A stretch of DNA of 64,000 nt from Elusimicrobiota bacterium (GCA_016209035.1 JACQWX010000037.1:34593-98592); one strand, 5' to 3'. Positions 38,622-47,598 are shown, counted from the stretch's first letter. Translations and numbers: made by a program. The notes: generated by a model not told the origin, from the sequence alone.

Positions 38622-41195
38622 ATGGGCTGGGGAGACTACTTCTTCCGGCCGAAGAAGCGGCGGGACATCCGGCATCTCAAGGACGTCTTGAACCGGTTCC
38701 GCGAGCTGATCGGCCTCAACAACACGGCCCTGGAGCTCATCGCGGACATGGGGGAGAAGCTCAGCGGCGACTACGTCTTCGACAGCCAGTACCTGCGCCA
38801 GGTGACCGCCGATCTGGAGAAGGCCGTCCAAGGGGTCGTCCACAACCTCAACGCGATGTCCGAAGGGAGGTATCCGAAGCTCCTGGACGCGTTCGAGACC
38901 GCCAGGGCCGGCGTCAGGGCCGAGCTCGACGGCCGCCGCGCCGTCCCCGGAGCCGGCTTCGTGATCCGGCTCGATGAGGCCTCGCAGGACCTCTCCGACG
39001 CGACGGGCGAGAAGATGGCGACGCTGGGGGAGCTCGGACGCCTGGGTCTGAAGGTCCCGGATGGGTTCGTCGTCACGACGCACGCCTGCCGGACGTTCCT
39101 CGAAAGCAACGGGATCGACGCCGAACGGGCCATTGAGGAGCTCTCCTCGCTAGCCGGGGAGCCGCTGGAGAAGGCCTCGGACGCGATCCGGGAGAGGATC
39201 AGGAAAGGCATCCCGCCCCCCCTGCTGAGGAAGTCCGTCCAGGAGGCGCTCTCCCGCCTGGGGAAGGGACGGACCCTGGCGGTGCGCAGCAGCGCGCTCG
39301 GCGAGGACGGGACCCTGAGCTTCGCCGGGTTGTACGGTACCGTCCTCAATGTCGCCCCCCCCCGCTTCTTCGAGGCCTACCAGGAGGTGCTCTCAGGACT
39401 CTTTGGCCCGCAGGTGGTCTCCTACCGCGCCAAGCAGCCTCGGGTTGCCGGGGCCGCCCCCAAGGAGACAGGCATGGCCGTGGGCTGCATGACCATGGTC
39501 CCCGCCAGGGCCGGCGGGGTGTGCTACAGCCTGAACCCCTCGAGTCCGGAGAGGGAGTGCATAGTGATCTCCGCCTCATGGGGGCTGGGGAAGCTGGTGG
39601 TGGAGGGCGAGGGCGGAGTCGACCAGTTCGAGCTCGCCAGGACCGCCCCCCACCAGGTCGTGTCCCGGAGGATCGCGCGCAAGGAGCGCCAATGCGTCTT
39701 GTCGCGCGCAGGAGGGGTCGCGCTGGAGCCCGTCCCGGCCGAACGGCAGGCGGTCCCCTGCATGAGCGACGAGGCCCTCTCCAGACTGGCGCGCATCGTC
39801 GTGAAGACGGAAGCCTACTTCCGGCGTTTTCAGGACGTCGAATGGGCTTTAGACGAGGCGGGAGAAATCCATGTCCTGCAGGCCCGCCCCCTGCGCATCC
39901 TCCTCGGCAAGGATCGCTGCCGCGCCGACGTCGCCTCCGCGGTGGGCAGGTATCCCGTCCTCCTCCAGGGCCGGGGAGTCGTGGCATGCCGCGGGATCGC
40001 CGCCGGCGCCGTCTTCCACGTGGCGCGGGAGGAGGACATGAGACGCTTCCCCGCGGGCGCCGTGCTGGTCGCCAAGCACACCTCGCCGCGTCTCTCCAGG
40101 CTCGTCTGCGAGGCGAGCGCCATCGTCACGGGCGTGGGGGCGGTCACCGGGCATCTGGCCACCGTCGCAAGGGAGTTCCGGACCCCCGCCATCGTGGACA
40201 CGGGAACGGCCACGCGGGTCCTCAAGCCCGGCATGCGGGTCACGGTGGACGCCGAAGAGAACATCGTCTACGAGGGCGTCGTCCCCGAGCTCATCAGGGC
40301 CCAGCTCTGCGTCGCCGACCCCTATGAGGACGCCGTCGAGTTCAGGCTTCTGCGCCGCCTGCTCAGGAGGATCGCCCCGCTCCACCTCACCACGCCCGAC
40401 TCCGGCGATTTCCGCCCGGAGAGCTGCACGACCTACCACGATGTCATCCGATTCGCCCACGAGATGGCGGCCACGGAGATAGCGACGAGCCTTGACGCCG
40501 GCCGCGCGGGCGGGGAGCTCCCGGCCGTCAAGCTCGACCTGCCCATCCCGCTCGATCTGACCGTGGTCGACATCGGGGAGGGCCTCAACGCCGCCGCGGC
40601 GGGCAAGGCGAAGGCGCGCCTTGAAGAAGTGGCCTGCGCGCCGCTGCGGATCATGCTGGAGAGTCTTCTGGAGCCGGGGGTGTGGCATTCGGAGCCGGTG
40701 GACATCGACTTCGGGGGCTTCATGTCGAGCCTGACCCGGACCGCTGCGATGGACGCCGCCTCGATGGGCTCGGCCGGCCGCAACATCGCCATCGTCTCGG
40801 CGAACTACATGAACTTGAACCTCCATCTTGGCTATCATTTCAACATGGTGGACGTCTATCTCAGCGGCGTCAGGAACGAGAACTACATCTATTTCCGCTT
40901 TCTCGGGGGCGTCACCGACATCACGCGGCGCTCCCGGCGCGCGCGGCTCCTGGCCGACATCCTGGAGAGGAACGACTTCACCGTCGAGATGAAGGGAGAC
41001 CTGGTGGTCTCCCGGACCAAGAAGATGTCCACCGAGGAGATGGAGCATCGCCTGCGCGTGCTGGGCTACCTGGTGGGCTTCACCCGGCAGCTGGACGTCC
41101 TGCTACAGACGGAGGAAAAGGTGGACGAGTACGTCGAGCTGTTTGAAGATAGGTTCCTGGCCCGCAAGCGGGACCGGGAGGAGGGATCGGCATGA
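38622..41195 (+). CDS. PEP-synthase-like protein: ATP-grasp + swivel phospho-His domain, no TIM barrel, uncharacterised C-terminal domain (paralog 2)
   Basis: 857 aa. Motifs TGEKMATLGELGRLGLKVPDGF, AVRSSALGEDGTLSFAGLYGTVLNV and VTGVGAVTGHLATVAREFRTPAIV. The C-terminal domain is shared with 15991-18606. Confidence 0.8.
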   Translation: MGWGDYFFRPKKRRDIRHLKDVLNRFRELIGLNNTALELIADMGEKLSGDYVFDSQYLRQVTADLEKAVQGVVHNLNAMSEGRYPKLLDAFETARAGVRAELDGRRAVPGAGFVIRLDEASQDLSDATGEKMATLGELGRLGLKVPDGFVVTTHACRTFLESNGIDAERAIEELSSLAGEPLEKASDAIRERIRKGIPPPLLRKSVQEALSRLGKGRTLAVRSSALGEDGTLSFAGLYGTVLNVAPPRFFEAYQEVLSGLFGPQVVSYRAKQPRVAGAAPKETGMAVGCMTMVPARAGGVCYSLNPSSPERECIVISASWGLGKLVVEGEGGVDQFELARTAPHQVVSRRIARKERQCVLSRAGGVALEPVPAERQAVPCMSDEALSRLARIVVKTEAYFRRFQDVEWALDEAGEIHVLQARPLRILLGKDRCRADVASAVGRYPVLLQGRGVVACRGIAAGAVFHVAREEDMRRFPAGAVLVAKHTSPRLSRLVCEASAIVTGVGAVTGHLATVAREFRTPAIVDTGTATRVLKPGMRVTVDAEENIVYEGVVPELIRAQLCVADPYEDAVEFRLLRRLLRRIAPLHLTTPDSGDFRPESCTTYHDVIRFAHEMAATEIATSLDAGRAGGELPAVKLDLPIPLDLTVVDIGEGLNAAAAGKAKARLEEVACAPLRIMLESLLEPGVWHSEPVDIDFGGFMSSLTRTAAMDAASMGSAGRNIAIVSANYMNLNLHLGYHFNMVDVYLSGVRNENYIYFRFLGGVTDITRRSRRARLLADILERNDFTVEMKGDLVVSRTKKMSTEEMEHRLRVLGYLVGFTRQLDVLLQTEEKVDEYVELFEDRFLARKRDREEGSA

Positions 41196-41569
41196 ACGAA
41201 CAACGGGTCTTGATCCTCGACGACGAGCCGACGGTGGGCGAGCGCCTGAAGCCCGCCCTGGAGAAGCTGGGGTTCGTCGTGGAGGTCTTCACGAAGAGCC
41301 GGGAGGCCTTGAAGCGCCTCGATGAGCGGGATTTCCACGTCGTCGTCACCGACCTCAAGATGGAGGGGCCAGACGGCCTCGAGGTCCTGGGGCTCGTCAA
41401 GCGCCGCAGCCCGGGCAGCCAGGTCATCATGATCACCGGCTACGGCTCGTTCGAGCAGGCCCGGGAGGCAGAGGCGCTCGGGGCCTACGATTTCGTGAGC
41501 AAGCCCTTCAAGCTGGAGGAGCTCTGCAAACGCGTCGTCAAAGCGGCCAAGAAGGCCGTCCTGGAATAG
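41192..41569 (+). CDS. Single-domain (CheY-like) response regulator
   Basis: VLILDDEP...VVVTDLKMEGPDG...VSKPF. The ATG overlaps the upstream stop (ATGA). Confidence 0.88.
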   Translation: MNEQRVLILDDEPTVGERLKPALEKLGFVVEVFTKSREALKRLDERDFHVVVTDLKMEGPDGLEVLGLVKRRSPGSQVIMITGYGSFEQAREAEALGAYDFVSKPFKLEELCKRVVKAAKKAVLE

Positions 41570-41578
41570 GAGAGAGAG

Positions 41579-41986
41579 ATGGAGATGAGACCGGAGGTGC
41601 TCGTCCTTGACGACGAGGCGATCGTCTGCGACCGGCTGAAGGCCGCCCTGGAGAAGGCCGGATTCGCGGTGGAGACCTACACCGAGAGCGCGCGGGTGGT
41701 CAAGCGGCTCGAGGAGAAGAAGTTCCACGTCGTCGTCACCGACCTCAAGATGAAGGAGTGGGACGGCATCGAGGTCCTCAAGCTGATCAAGACGCGCTCC
41801 CCGGAGACCAAGGTCATCATGATCACCGGGTTCGCCACGGCGGAGAAGGCCAAGGAGGCGCTCGCCCTCGGCGCCCATGACTTCATCGCCAAGCCCTTCA
41901 AGCTGAGCCGGCTGCGCGACATCGTCATCAGCGCCTCCCGGGAGCCGGACGGGGGCGCGCCGCAACGCCCTGAGCTGCCCGGGTAG
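41579..41986 (+). CDS. Single-domain (CheY-like) response regulator
   Basis: VLVLDDEA...VVVTDLKMKEWDG...IAKPF. Confidence 0.88.
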   Translation: MEMRPEVLVLDDEAIVCDRLKAALEKAGFAVETYTESARVVKRLEEKKFHVVVTDLKMKEWDGIEVLKLIKTRSPETKVIMITGFATAEKAKEALALGAHDFIAKPFKLSRLRDIVISASREPDGGAPQRPELPG

Positions 41987-42005
41987 GGGCCTGGAGGAGA
42001 TCGCC

Positions 42006-42845
42006 ATGCCCATCATCACCATTTCCCGCGGCACCATGAGCGGAGGCCAGATGCTCGCCGAGCGCCTCTCGTCGAGGCTCGGCTACCCGACCGTCGGCCG
42101 GGAGGCCATCAAGGACGCGGCCGCGCAGTACGGCATCTCGGAGTGCGTCCTGGAGCGCGAGCTCCTGGAGAAGCCCGGCCTGCTCGACCGGCTCAGGAGG
42201 GAGCGGGGCCTTTACCTGCTCGCCATCCAGTCCGCCCTGGTCACGCGCGCCCTGAAGGGGAGCTTCATCTACCACGGCAACGCGGGCCATCTGCTCCTCA
42301 AGGGGCTTCCCCAGGTCCTGAAGGTCCGCCTGATCGCCCCCCTGGAGTTCCGGGTGGACATGCTTCGCAAGCGGGACAAGGACATGACGGAGGAGCGCGC
42401 GCGGCAGCACATCGCGGAGGTCGACCGCCGGCGGGCCGAGTGGACCATGTTCCTGTACCGGGTGGATTGGAGGGATCCCTCCCTCTACGACCTGGTCCTG
42501 AATCTCGAGTCCATCACGGTCCAGGGCGCCTGCGAGCTCGTCGTCCGCGCCCTCTCCCTGCCCGAATTCCAGGACACCCCGGCCAAGAGATCGGCGTTCG
42601 AGGACTTGGCGCTGGCCTGCCGGGTGCGCACCGAGCTGGCGCTCCACGAGCGCACCAAGGGGATGGAGTTCGAGGTCGAGGCCGCCCGCGGCGTCGTGAA
42701 GCTCTCCGGGCAGTACTACAGCAGCGGCCTGTTCTCCCGGGGCGCCAGCCGGCACAAGGACGAGATCATTTCGGTGGTCAGAGGCGTCGCGGGGGTCGAG
42801 AAGATCGAGGTGGACCTGCGGGAGGCGTCCGTGCCCGTCGATTGA
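42006..42845 (+). CDS. Cytidylate-kinase-like-family domain + BON domain protein (paralog 2 of 4)
   Basis: MPIITISRGTMSGGQMLAERLSSRLGY, YHGNAGHLLLKGLPQVLKVRLIAPLEFRV. C-terminal BON-like EVEAARGVVKLSG...VRGVAGVEKIEVDL. Confidence 0.75.
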   Translation: MPIITISRGTMSGGQMLAERLSSRLGYPTVGREAIKDAAAQYGISECVLERELLEKPGLLDRLRRERGLYLLAIQSALVTRALKGSFIYHGNAGHLLLKGLPQVLKVRLIAPLEFRVDMLRKRDKDMTEERARQHIAEVDRRRAEWTMFLYRVDWRDPSLYDLVLNLESITVQGACELVVRALSLPEFQDTPAKRSAFEDLALACRVRTELALHERTKGMEFEVEAARGVVKLSGQYYSSGLFSRGASRHKDEIISVVRGVAGVEKIEVDLREASVPVD

Positions 42846-43101
42846 CCGGGGAACATCGTGACTCCTGACTCTTCGGCCGCCGGACGCGGGCGCGCCTTGA
42901 TCCTCGCGGCCGGAACCGGCCGCAGGTCATCTTGGGACACGCCATCCGCCCGTGCAGCCGGCAGATGCCTTGGTCCCCCCGGGCGTCTCCCTGGCCCGAG
43001 CCGAGGGCCAGGATGCCCGGCAGGGCCAGCTCGAATGCGGCCGCGTCGTCCTGGAACCGGTCGCATCGGGCGCACGACCGTTCGGCGGAGAGGGCGGCCA
43101 T
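42778..43101 (-). CDS. Possible small Cys-rich protein (unannotated; 3' end uncertain)
   Basis: ATG 43101 lies 5 nt after the upstream stop. MAALSAERSCARCDRFQDDAAAFELALPGILALGSGQGDARGDQGICRLHGRMACPKMTCGRF has strongly G/C-biased third codon positions. The last ~22 codons overlap the convergent gene ending at 42845 and look non-coding. Confidence 0.35.
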   Translation of the reverse strand: MAALSAERSCARCDRFQDDAAAFELALPGILALGSGQGDARGDQGICRLHGRMACPKMTCGRFRPRGSRRARVRRPKSQESRCSPVNRRARTPPAGPPRSSRPPRRL

Positions 43102-43106
43102 CGCGG

Positions 43107-43424
43107 TCAACGCAGGGCCCGCCAATACTGCGCGAAAATCCGGGTCGTGAGGACCCAGCCCAGCGGCACGTTCACGAGTACGCCCAGGGTGAAGGCCCAG
43201 AAGGGCCTGAGCCCGAATGTCGAGAGCTCCTTGAAGCGGGTCGAGAGCCCGATGCAGAGGAAGCACAGCACAAAGGCCCACGATCGGAGGCTCTTGATCG
43301 GAGCGATCGCCAGGGCGGAAAGCCGGCTCTCGAACCAGTCGGAATCGCGGAAGAGCTGCTTCAAGGCCCATCGCTGCTCCCCGTCGGCGACCGAGGAGAG
43401 CGCCCCCAGCTCCCTCAGGGACAT
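43107..43424 (-). CDS. C-terminal two-helix portion of a YeiH/UPF0324-type transporter, separated from the rest by one in-frame TAG
   Basis: WAFVLCFLCIGLSTRFKELSTFGLRPFWAFTLGVLVNVPLGWVL matches the conserved C-terminus of the family. It is in the same frame as 43452-44708. Confidence 0.6.
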   Translation of the reverse strand: MSLRELGALSSVADGEQRWALKQLFRDSDWFESRLSALAIAPIKSLRSWAFVLCFLCIGLSTRFKELSTFGLRPFWAFTLGVLVNVPLGWVLTTRIFAQYWRALR

Positions 43425-43451
43425 CTTCCCCAGGAAAGAGATCTCGCCGGC

Positions 43452-44708
43452 CTACCGGTCGTAGGCGAACCTGCCGGCAGACTCCTCAGGCGGCCGATAC
43501 CGCGAGAAGTCAGCCTTGTAGCTCCGCTTCTCCGCCTCGGACTTGAAGGTCCCCGAGACCGGAGCGCGACCACTGTGGCCGGCCGGCGGGTGGGCGGCGA
43601 CCAGGCTCATCAGGACCGAGGCCGCGAAGAAGCCGAGGACGAACTTCGGGAAACGCTCCCATACGACCGAGAGGCCGGCCCGGCCCCGGGGCCCGACATC
43701 TGCGGCGTCTTTCTCCCAGCAGAGGACCGAGACGATCGAGAGCGCGAACGCCCAGATCCCGATCCAGATGTCCCGGCCGATGACCTTCATCAGGGTGAAG
43801 GCATGGATGGGGGCGTCGCCGTGGCGGGAGGCGAGCTCCGCCACCACGGCGAAGCCTGCGGCGTCGGCGTACTCGGAGGTCCCCACCCAGGCTCCCGCCT
43901 CTCCGGGCGAGATATGGTACCACGCGGTGGGGGCGGCCCCGCCAGCGGGGATCATCCGCTTGGTGGCGAGGGAGAGGGCGAAGATCATCAGGATGGCCCA
44001 GACCGAGACCACGGCGATCGCGATGGCGACGTGGTCCTGGCGCGCCTTGACGGCGCCTCCCACGGCGATGGAGCCCGAGACCCCGCAGACCGCGCCGCCG
44101 GTCCCCAAGACAGCGCCGAAGCGGGGGTCCAGGCCGAAGAGCCGCGTGGCCGCCAGGTAGATGGTCAGCCAGGTCACGACCGAGACGATGGTCGCCTGGA
44201 CGAAGGCGAGGGGCCCGGCCTCCACGATCAGCGTCAGCGGCAGGGTGGCTCCCAACAGCACGATGCCCGTCTTGACGTAGTACTCCGTGCGCAGGGAGGT
44301 CTTGAACCACTCCGGCGCGGCCTTGACGTTGCCGATGGCGAGGCCGGCGAGCAGGGCCAGCAGGGGGGCGCCCAGATCGAGCCTCTGCATGGCCGACCAG
44401 CCCGCCAGGCAGAAGACGGCCAGCGAGCCGAGGAAGAGCAGGGTGTAGCCGGCCAGGAACTCCTTGAGGTTCCTCCCCATGGCTTTCATGCTGACGCAGA
44501 AGACCAGGCCGAACCCGGCGTAGACCAGCGCAAAACCAGGCCAGTGCTTCCGCCAATCCGCGGCCAAGGCGGAGAGATCGGACCAGGTTCCCGGCGTGAT
44601 GGCCCAGGGCTTCAAGGAGCTCCCCATCCAAAAGAAGCCCAAGGAAAGGGCGATGACGGCCATGCCCAGCCAGATGGCCCAGTAGTCCTCGGTCCTAAAG
44701 ATCGTCAC
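43452..44708 (-). CDS. YeiH/UPF0324-family putative (sulfate) exporter-type membrane protein, N-terminal and central portion
   Basis: YVKTGIVLLGATLPL...LFGLDPRFGAVLGTGGAVCGVSGSIAVGGAVKA...AWVGTSEYADAAGFAVV aligns by eye with E. coli YeiH. The probable start is GTG 44708. The upstream part of the track ORF overlaps the next gene. Confidence 0.7.
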   Translation of the reverse strand: MTIFRTEDYWAIWLGMAVIALSLGFFWMGSSLKPWAITPGTWSDLSALAADWRKHWPGFALVYAGFGLVFCVSMKAMGRNLKEFLAGYTLLFLGSLAVFCLAGWSAMQRLDLGAPLLALLAGLAIGNVKAAPEWFKTSLRTEYYVKTGIVLLGATLPLTLIVEAGPLAFVQATIVSVVTWLTIYLAATRLFGLDPRFGAVLGTGGAVCGVSGSIAVGGAVKARQDHVAIAIAVVSVWAILMIFALSLATKRMIPAGGAAPTAWYHISPGEAGAWVGTSEYADAAGFAVVAELASRHGDAPIHAFTLMKVIGRDIWIGIWAFALSIVSVLCWEKDAADVGPRGRAGLSVVWERFPKFVLGFFAASVLMSLVAAHPPAGHSGRAPVSGTFKSEAEKRSYKADFSRYRPPEESAGRFAYDR

Positions 44709-44767
44709 TGATGCGCTTGCAGTACAGGATCGCCACGTTGGGCATAACGGCCTCCCGGGCAATGGCC

Positions 44768-45235
44768 CTACTCCGTGACCAGCGGCATGTTCATGACGAT
44801 GGCCTGGAGCTTCTGCATGGTCTCGGCGTAGCGCTTGAAGTAAATCTCGGAGATCTTGGACTGGATGAGATACCCCATCCTGGGGTCTTCGTCCATCAGG
44901 CCCTTCAGGACGGACGACTTGATCTTGAGGAGCTTGGAATCCCGCATGCACTGCGCCGTGAGCGTGTAGGCGTCCATCGCGAAGGAGACGCACCCGCCGA
45001 ACATCGCCCCGCCGGAGAGATCGTCGATGGTCAGGCCCACGCCCTCCTTGCCGGGGAGCCTCAGGGCCACCTGCCCCTCGAGCACGATGTAGAAGTAATT
45101 GGCCTTCGCTCCGCGGGGATAGACCGTGTCGCCTGCCTTGAACTTCACGACCTCGGCCACCTTGCTCAAGCGGTCCACCTGCTCGGGCCTCAAAAACCCC
45201 AGGATCTCCTGTTTATCCAGCTTCTCGACAGCCAT
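44768..45235 (-). CDS. Stand-alone cyclic-nucleotide-binding (cNMP/Crp-effector-like) domain protein, no HTH
   Basis: 155 aa. FKAGDTVYPRGAKANYFYIVLEGQVALRL...GAMFGG beta-barrel pattern. Too short for a DNA-binding domain. Confidence 0.78.
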   Translation of the reverse strand: MAVEKLDKQEILGFLRPEQVDRLSKVAEVVKFKAGDTVYPRGAKANYFYIVLEGQVALRLPGKEGVGLTIDDLSGGAMFGGCVSFAMDAYTLTAQCMRDSKLLKIKSSVLKGLMDEDPRMGYLIQSKISEIYFKRYAETMQKLQAIVMNMPLVTE

Positions 45236-45358
45236 GATGACCCTCCTTTCGGGAATGTCGCTCCCGGGCCGTCTCCCGACGAGAGACGGCCCGGGATGAT
45301 AGTCCCATCATTTCTTTTCCAGAGGCGTCTGTCAAGGGGTCCGCCGGGACGCGCCTGA

Positions 45359-45388
45359 TTGACACCCGTGGCCGCACATATATAGAAT
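45359..45388 (+). promoter_or_regulatory. Candidate sigma70-type promoter of the atp operon
   Basis: TTGACA (45359-45364), 18-nt spacer, TAGAAT (45383-45388), in an AT-rich intergenic stretch 43 nt before atpB. No experimental support. Confidence 0.45.
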
Positions 45389-45430
45389 GATTTCCCCAAA
45401 TTAATACGGGCTAGACATGAGGACACGACT

Positions 45431-46189
45431 TTGACAGAGGGAGGGCACGGGGGGGCGCTGGATTTCTCCGAGATCCTCGGCCATCACCTGGTCGACCACA
45501 AGGTCGCCGCGATCGGGCTGACCAAGCACATGCTGATGATCGCGATCGCGGCCTTCCTGACCGCCGCGGTGATCATCACCGCGGCCCGCACCCGGGGAAG
45601 GCTGCGCACCGCGGTCGAAGCCTTCATCGCCTTCATCCGCAAGGACATCGCCGACCCGGCCCTGGGCGACGACGCGGGGTTCTACCTTCCCTATCTGCTG
45701 ACGCTCTTCGTCTTCATCCTGATCATGAACCTGCTGGGCCTCATCCCGAGCGGGGCGACGCCGACGGGGAACATCTCGGTCACGCTGAGCTTAAGCCTCC
45801 TCACCTTCGTCTTGATCCACGGCGCCGGGGTCATGAGGCACGGGCTGGGGCATCATCTCAAGAACTTCGTGCCGCACGGGGTGCCGTGGTGGGCCTGGCC
45901 CCTGGTCTGGGCCATCGAGGCCATGGGATACCTCACGAAGGCCATCGCGCTCTGCATCCGTCTTTTCGCGAACATGACGGCCGGCCACATGGTCATCCTG
46001 CTGTTCCTGGGGCTCATCCTCCTGGCCGGACAGACGAGCCTGTGGTCAGGCCTGGTGGTGGCGCCGATCGCGGTGGGCCTGGCGGTCGGTCTCTACGCGC
46101 TGGAGCTGATCGTGGCCCTGATTCAGGCGTACGTTTTCACGATGTTGACCGCCATCTTCGTGGGCGGCGCATTGCATCCGGAGCATTGA
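45431..46189 (+). CDS. atpB: F0F1 ATP synthase subunit a
   Basis: 252 aa with a TTG start. Conserved LCIRLFANMTAGH and IQAYVFTMLT. Confidence 0.9.
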   Translation: MTEGGHGGALDFSEILGHHLVDHKVAAIGLTKHMLMIAIAAFLTAAVIITAARTRGRLRTAVEAFIAFIRKDIADPALGDDAGFYLPYLLTLFVFILIMNLLGLIPSGATPTGNISVTLSLSLLTFVLIHGAGVMRHGLGHHLKNFVPHGVPWWAWPLVWAIEAMGYLTKAIALCIRLFANMTAGHMVILLFLGLILLAGQTSLWSGLVVAPIAVGLAVGLYALELIVALIQAYVFTMLTAIFVGGALHPEH

Positions 46190-46202
46190 CACAGGAGGCA
46201 CA

Positions 46203-46463
46203 ATGGGCGAGCATCTGTACTTGGGATTAGGATATCTGGGGGCCGGCGTGGGCGCCGGCTTGGTCGTGATGGGCGCGGCGTCGGGCATCGGCAGGGTGGT
46301 CGCGTCCGCGGTGGAAGGCATCGCGCGCCAGCCCGAGGCCGACGAGAAGATCAGGAACAACATGCAGCTCTTCATCTTCCTCATCGAGGGGCTCGGGATC
46401 ATCGGGTTGGGCGTGGCCTACGTCGTCGCCCTCAACCTGGGGCTGAAGGTTCTGCCGCATTGA
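46203..46463 (+). CDS. atpE: F0F1 ATP synthase subunit c
   Basis: 86 aa hairpin protein with GIARQPE loop and carboxylate in FIFLIEGLGIIG. Confidence 0.9.
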   Translation: MGEHLYLGLGYLGAGVGAGLVVMGAASGIGRVVASAVEGIARQPEADEKIRNNMQLFIFLIEGLGIIGLGVAYVVALNLGLKVLPH

Positions 46464-46496
46464 GGCCCATGAAACGGCGCATGCCCCCCGACGCAA

Positions 46497-46522
46497 GCAT
46501 CCCCCCCCGCGGGGGGGGATGC
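46497..46522 (+). other. Perfect 26-nt palindrome GCAT-C8-GC-G8-ATGC between atpE and atpF
   Basis: Read directly from the sequence. It can form a stem of roughly 11-13 bp in the atp mRNA. Confidence 0.7.
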
Positions 46523-46528
46523 TGACAC

Positions 46529-47047
46529 ATGGACAAGCTATTCGCCGTCGAACCCGGGCTCATGGCCTGGACCGTGGTCACCTTCCTGCTGCTGGTGGCC
46601 ATTCTGGCGAAGTACGCCTGGAGGCCGCTCATCGAGGCCTTGGACGCCCGGGACGCCCGGGTCAAGGCCGACGCCGATTCGGCGCAGGAGGCCCGCAACG
46701 CCGCGGAGAAGATCAAGGCGGAGATGGAGAAACAGCTCTCCGGCATCGACGCCAAAGGCAAGGAGATGGTCGCCGAGGCGGTGAGGGAAGGAGAGGCCGT
46801 GGCGGCGAGGATCAGGGCCGAGGCCCAGGCCCAGGCCCAGGCGGCCAAGGAGAGGGCCCTAGCCGATCTCGAGGGGGAGAAGCGCCGGCTGATCCGCGAG
46901 CTGCGCTCCGAGGTGGCGAGCCTTTCCGTGATGGCGGCGGAGCGACTCCTGCGCCGTTCCGTCGATCCCGGGGTGGAGAAGACGGTGATGGAGTCGTTCC
47001 TCAAGGACATGGAGAAGAAACAGTATCCCCGCGGGGGGGCCTGTTGA
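46529..47047 (+). CDS. atpF: F0F1 ATP synthase subunit b
   Basis: 172 aa with an N-terminal TM (WTVVTFLLLVAILAKYAW) and a long charged helix. Confidence 0.85.
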   Translation: MDKLFAVEPGLMAWTVVTFLLLVAILAKYAWRPLIEALDARDARVKADADSAQEARNAAEKIKAEMEKQLSGIDAKGKEMVAEAVREGEAVAARIRAEAQAQAQAAKERALADLEGEKRRLIRELRSEVASLSVMAAERLLRRSVDPGVEKTVMESFLKDMEKKQYPRGGAC

Positions 47048-47598
47048 AAGCCTCCGACCGCATCCTGGCGTCGCGCTACGCGAACGCGTTGTTCGAGGCG
47101 GCGATGTCGGCCGGCCTGGAGGAGCGCGTCGCCGAGGACCTGGCCGCGGCCCAGGAGGTGGCGGCCCACCCGGAGGCCGCCGTGGCCCTGAAGACCCCGC
47201 GGATCGGAGCCGCCGACAAGAAGGCCATCATCGACGGGGTGCTGGGGAATGTCTGCTCGGAGCTTGCGCTGCGTTTCCTCCAGTTGCTCTTGGACAGGAA
47301 GCGTTTCGACTTGCTGTCGGCGGCCGCCGACTCCTACCGGAGGCTGCTCGGCCGGCTGCGCCGCGTCTCCCAGGCCGAGGCGCGCTGCGCGCGGCCTCTG
47401 GAGCCGGGGCTGCGCGCCGGGATCAAGGCGATGCTCGAGGCGTTCCAGGGCGGCAAGGTCGATTTGGACGAGGATGTTGACCCCGAACTGCTCGGGGGGG
47501 TCGTGGTGAGGATGGGAGACTGGGTGATGGACGCAAGCCTGCGCGGCGAGCTCGGCAGGCTCGAGCGGGCGCTGGCCGGCGATTCTAGGAGGCCGTAG
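47044..47598 (+). CDS. atpH: F0F1 ATP synthase subunit delta (OSCP)
   Basis: TTG 47044 overlaps the atpF stop (TTGA). LKASDRILASRYANALFEAA...LLGGVVVRMGDWVMDASLRGEL. The upstream 175 codons of the track ORF are an alternate frame of atpF. Confidence 0.8.
   Translation: MKASDRILASRYANALFEAAMSAGLEERVAEDLAAAQEVAAHPEAAVALKTPRIGAADKKAIIDGVLGNVCSELALRFLQLLLDRKRFDLLSAAADSYRRLLGRLRRVSQAEARCARPLEPGLRAGIKAMLEAFQGGKVDLDEDVDPELLGGVVVRMGDWVMDASLRGELGRLERALAGDSRRP

Noticed and set aside
43452-43454. In-frame TAG in the YeiH-like gene as a pyrrolysine or other recoding site.
   Set aside because: No pyl genes, methylamine methyltransferases or suppressor tRNA are visible in the window, and the codon lies in a non-conserved loop. 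A nonsense mutation, a sequencing error or a genuinely split gene are simpler explanations. It is kept as a finding only for verification.
44768-45235. The cNMP-binding protein as the CRP/FNR-type regulator that binds the TTGACC-N2-GGTCAA sites.
   Set aside because: At 155 aa it has only the effector-binding barrel and dimerisation helix. No helix-turn-helix is present, so it cannot be assigned DNA binding from sequence.
46497-46522. The C8/G8 palindrome as a CRISPR repeat, phase-variation switch or transposon end.
   Set aside because: It is a single copy, sits inside an essential operon spacer, and no similar repeat was seen elsewhere in the window.
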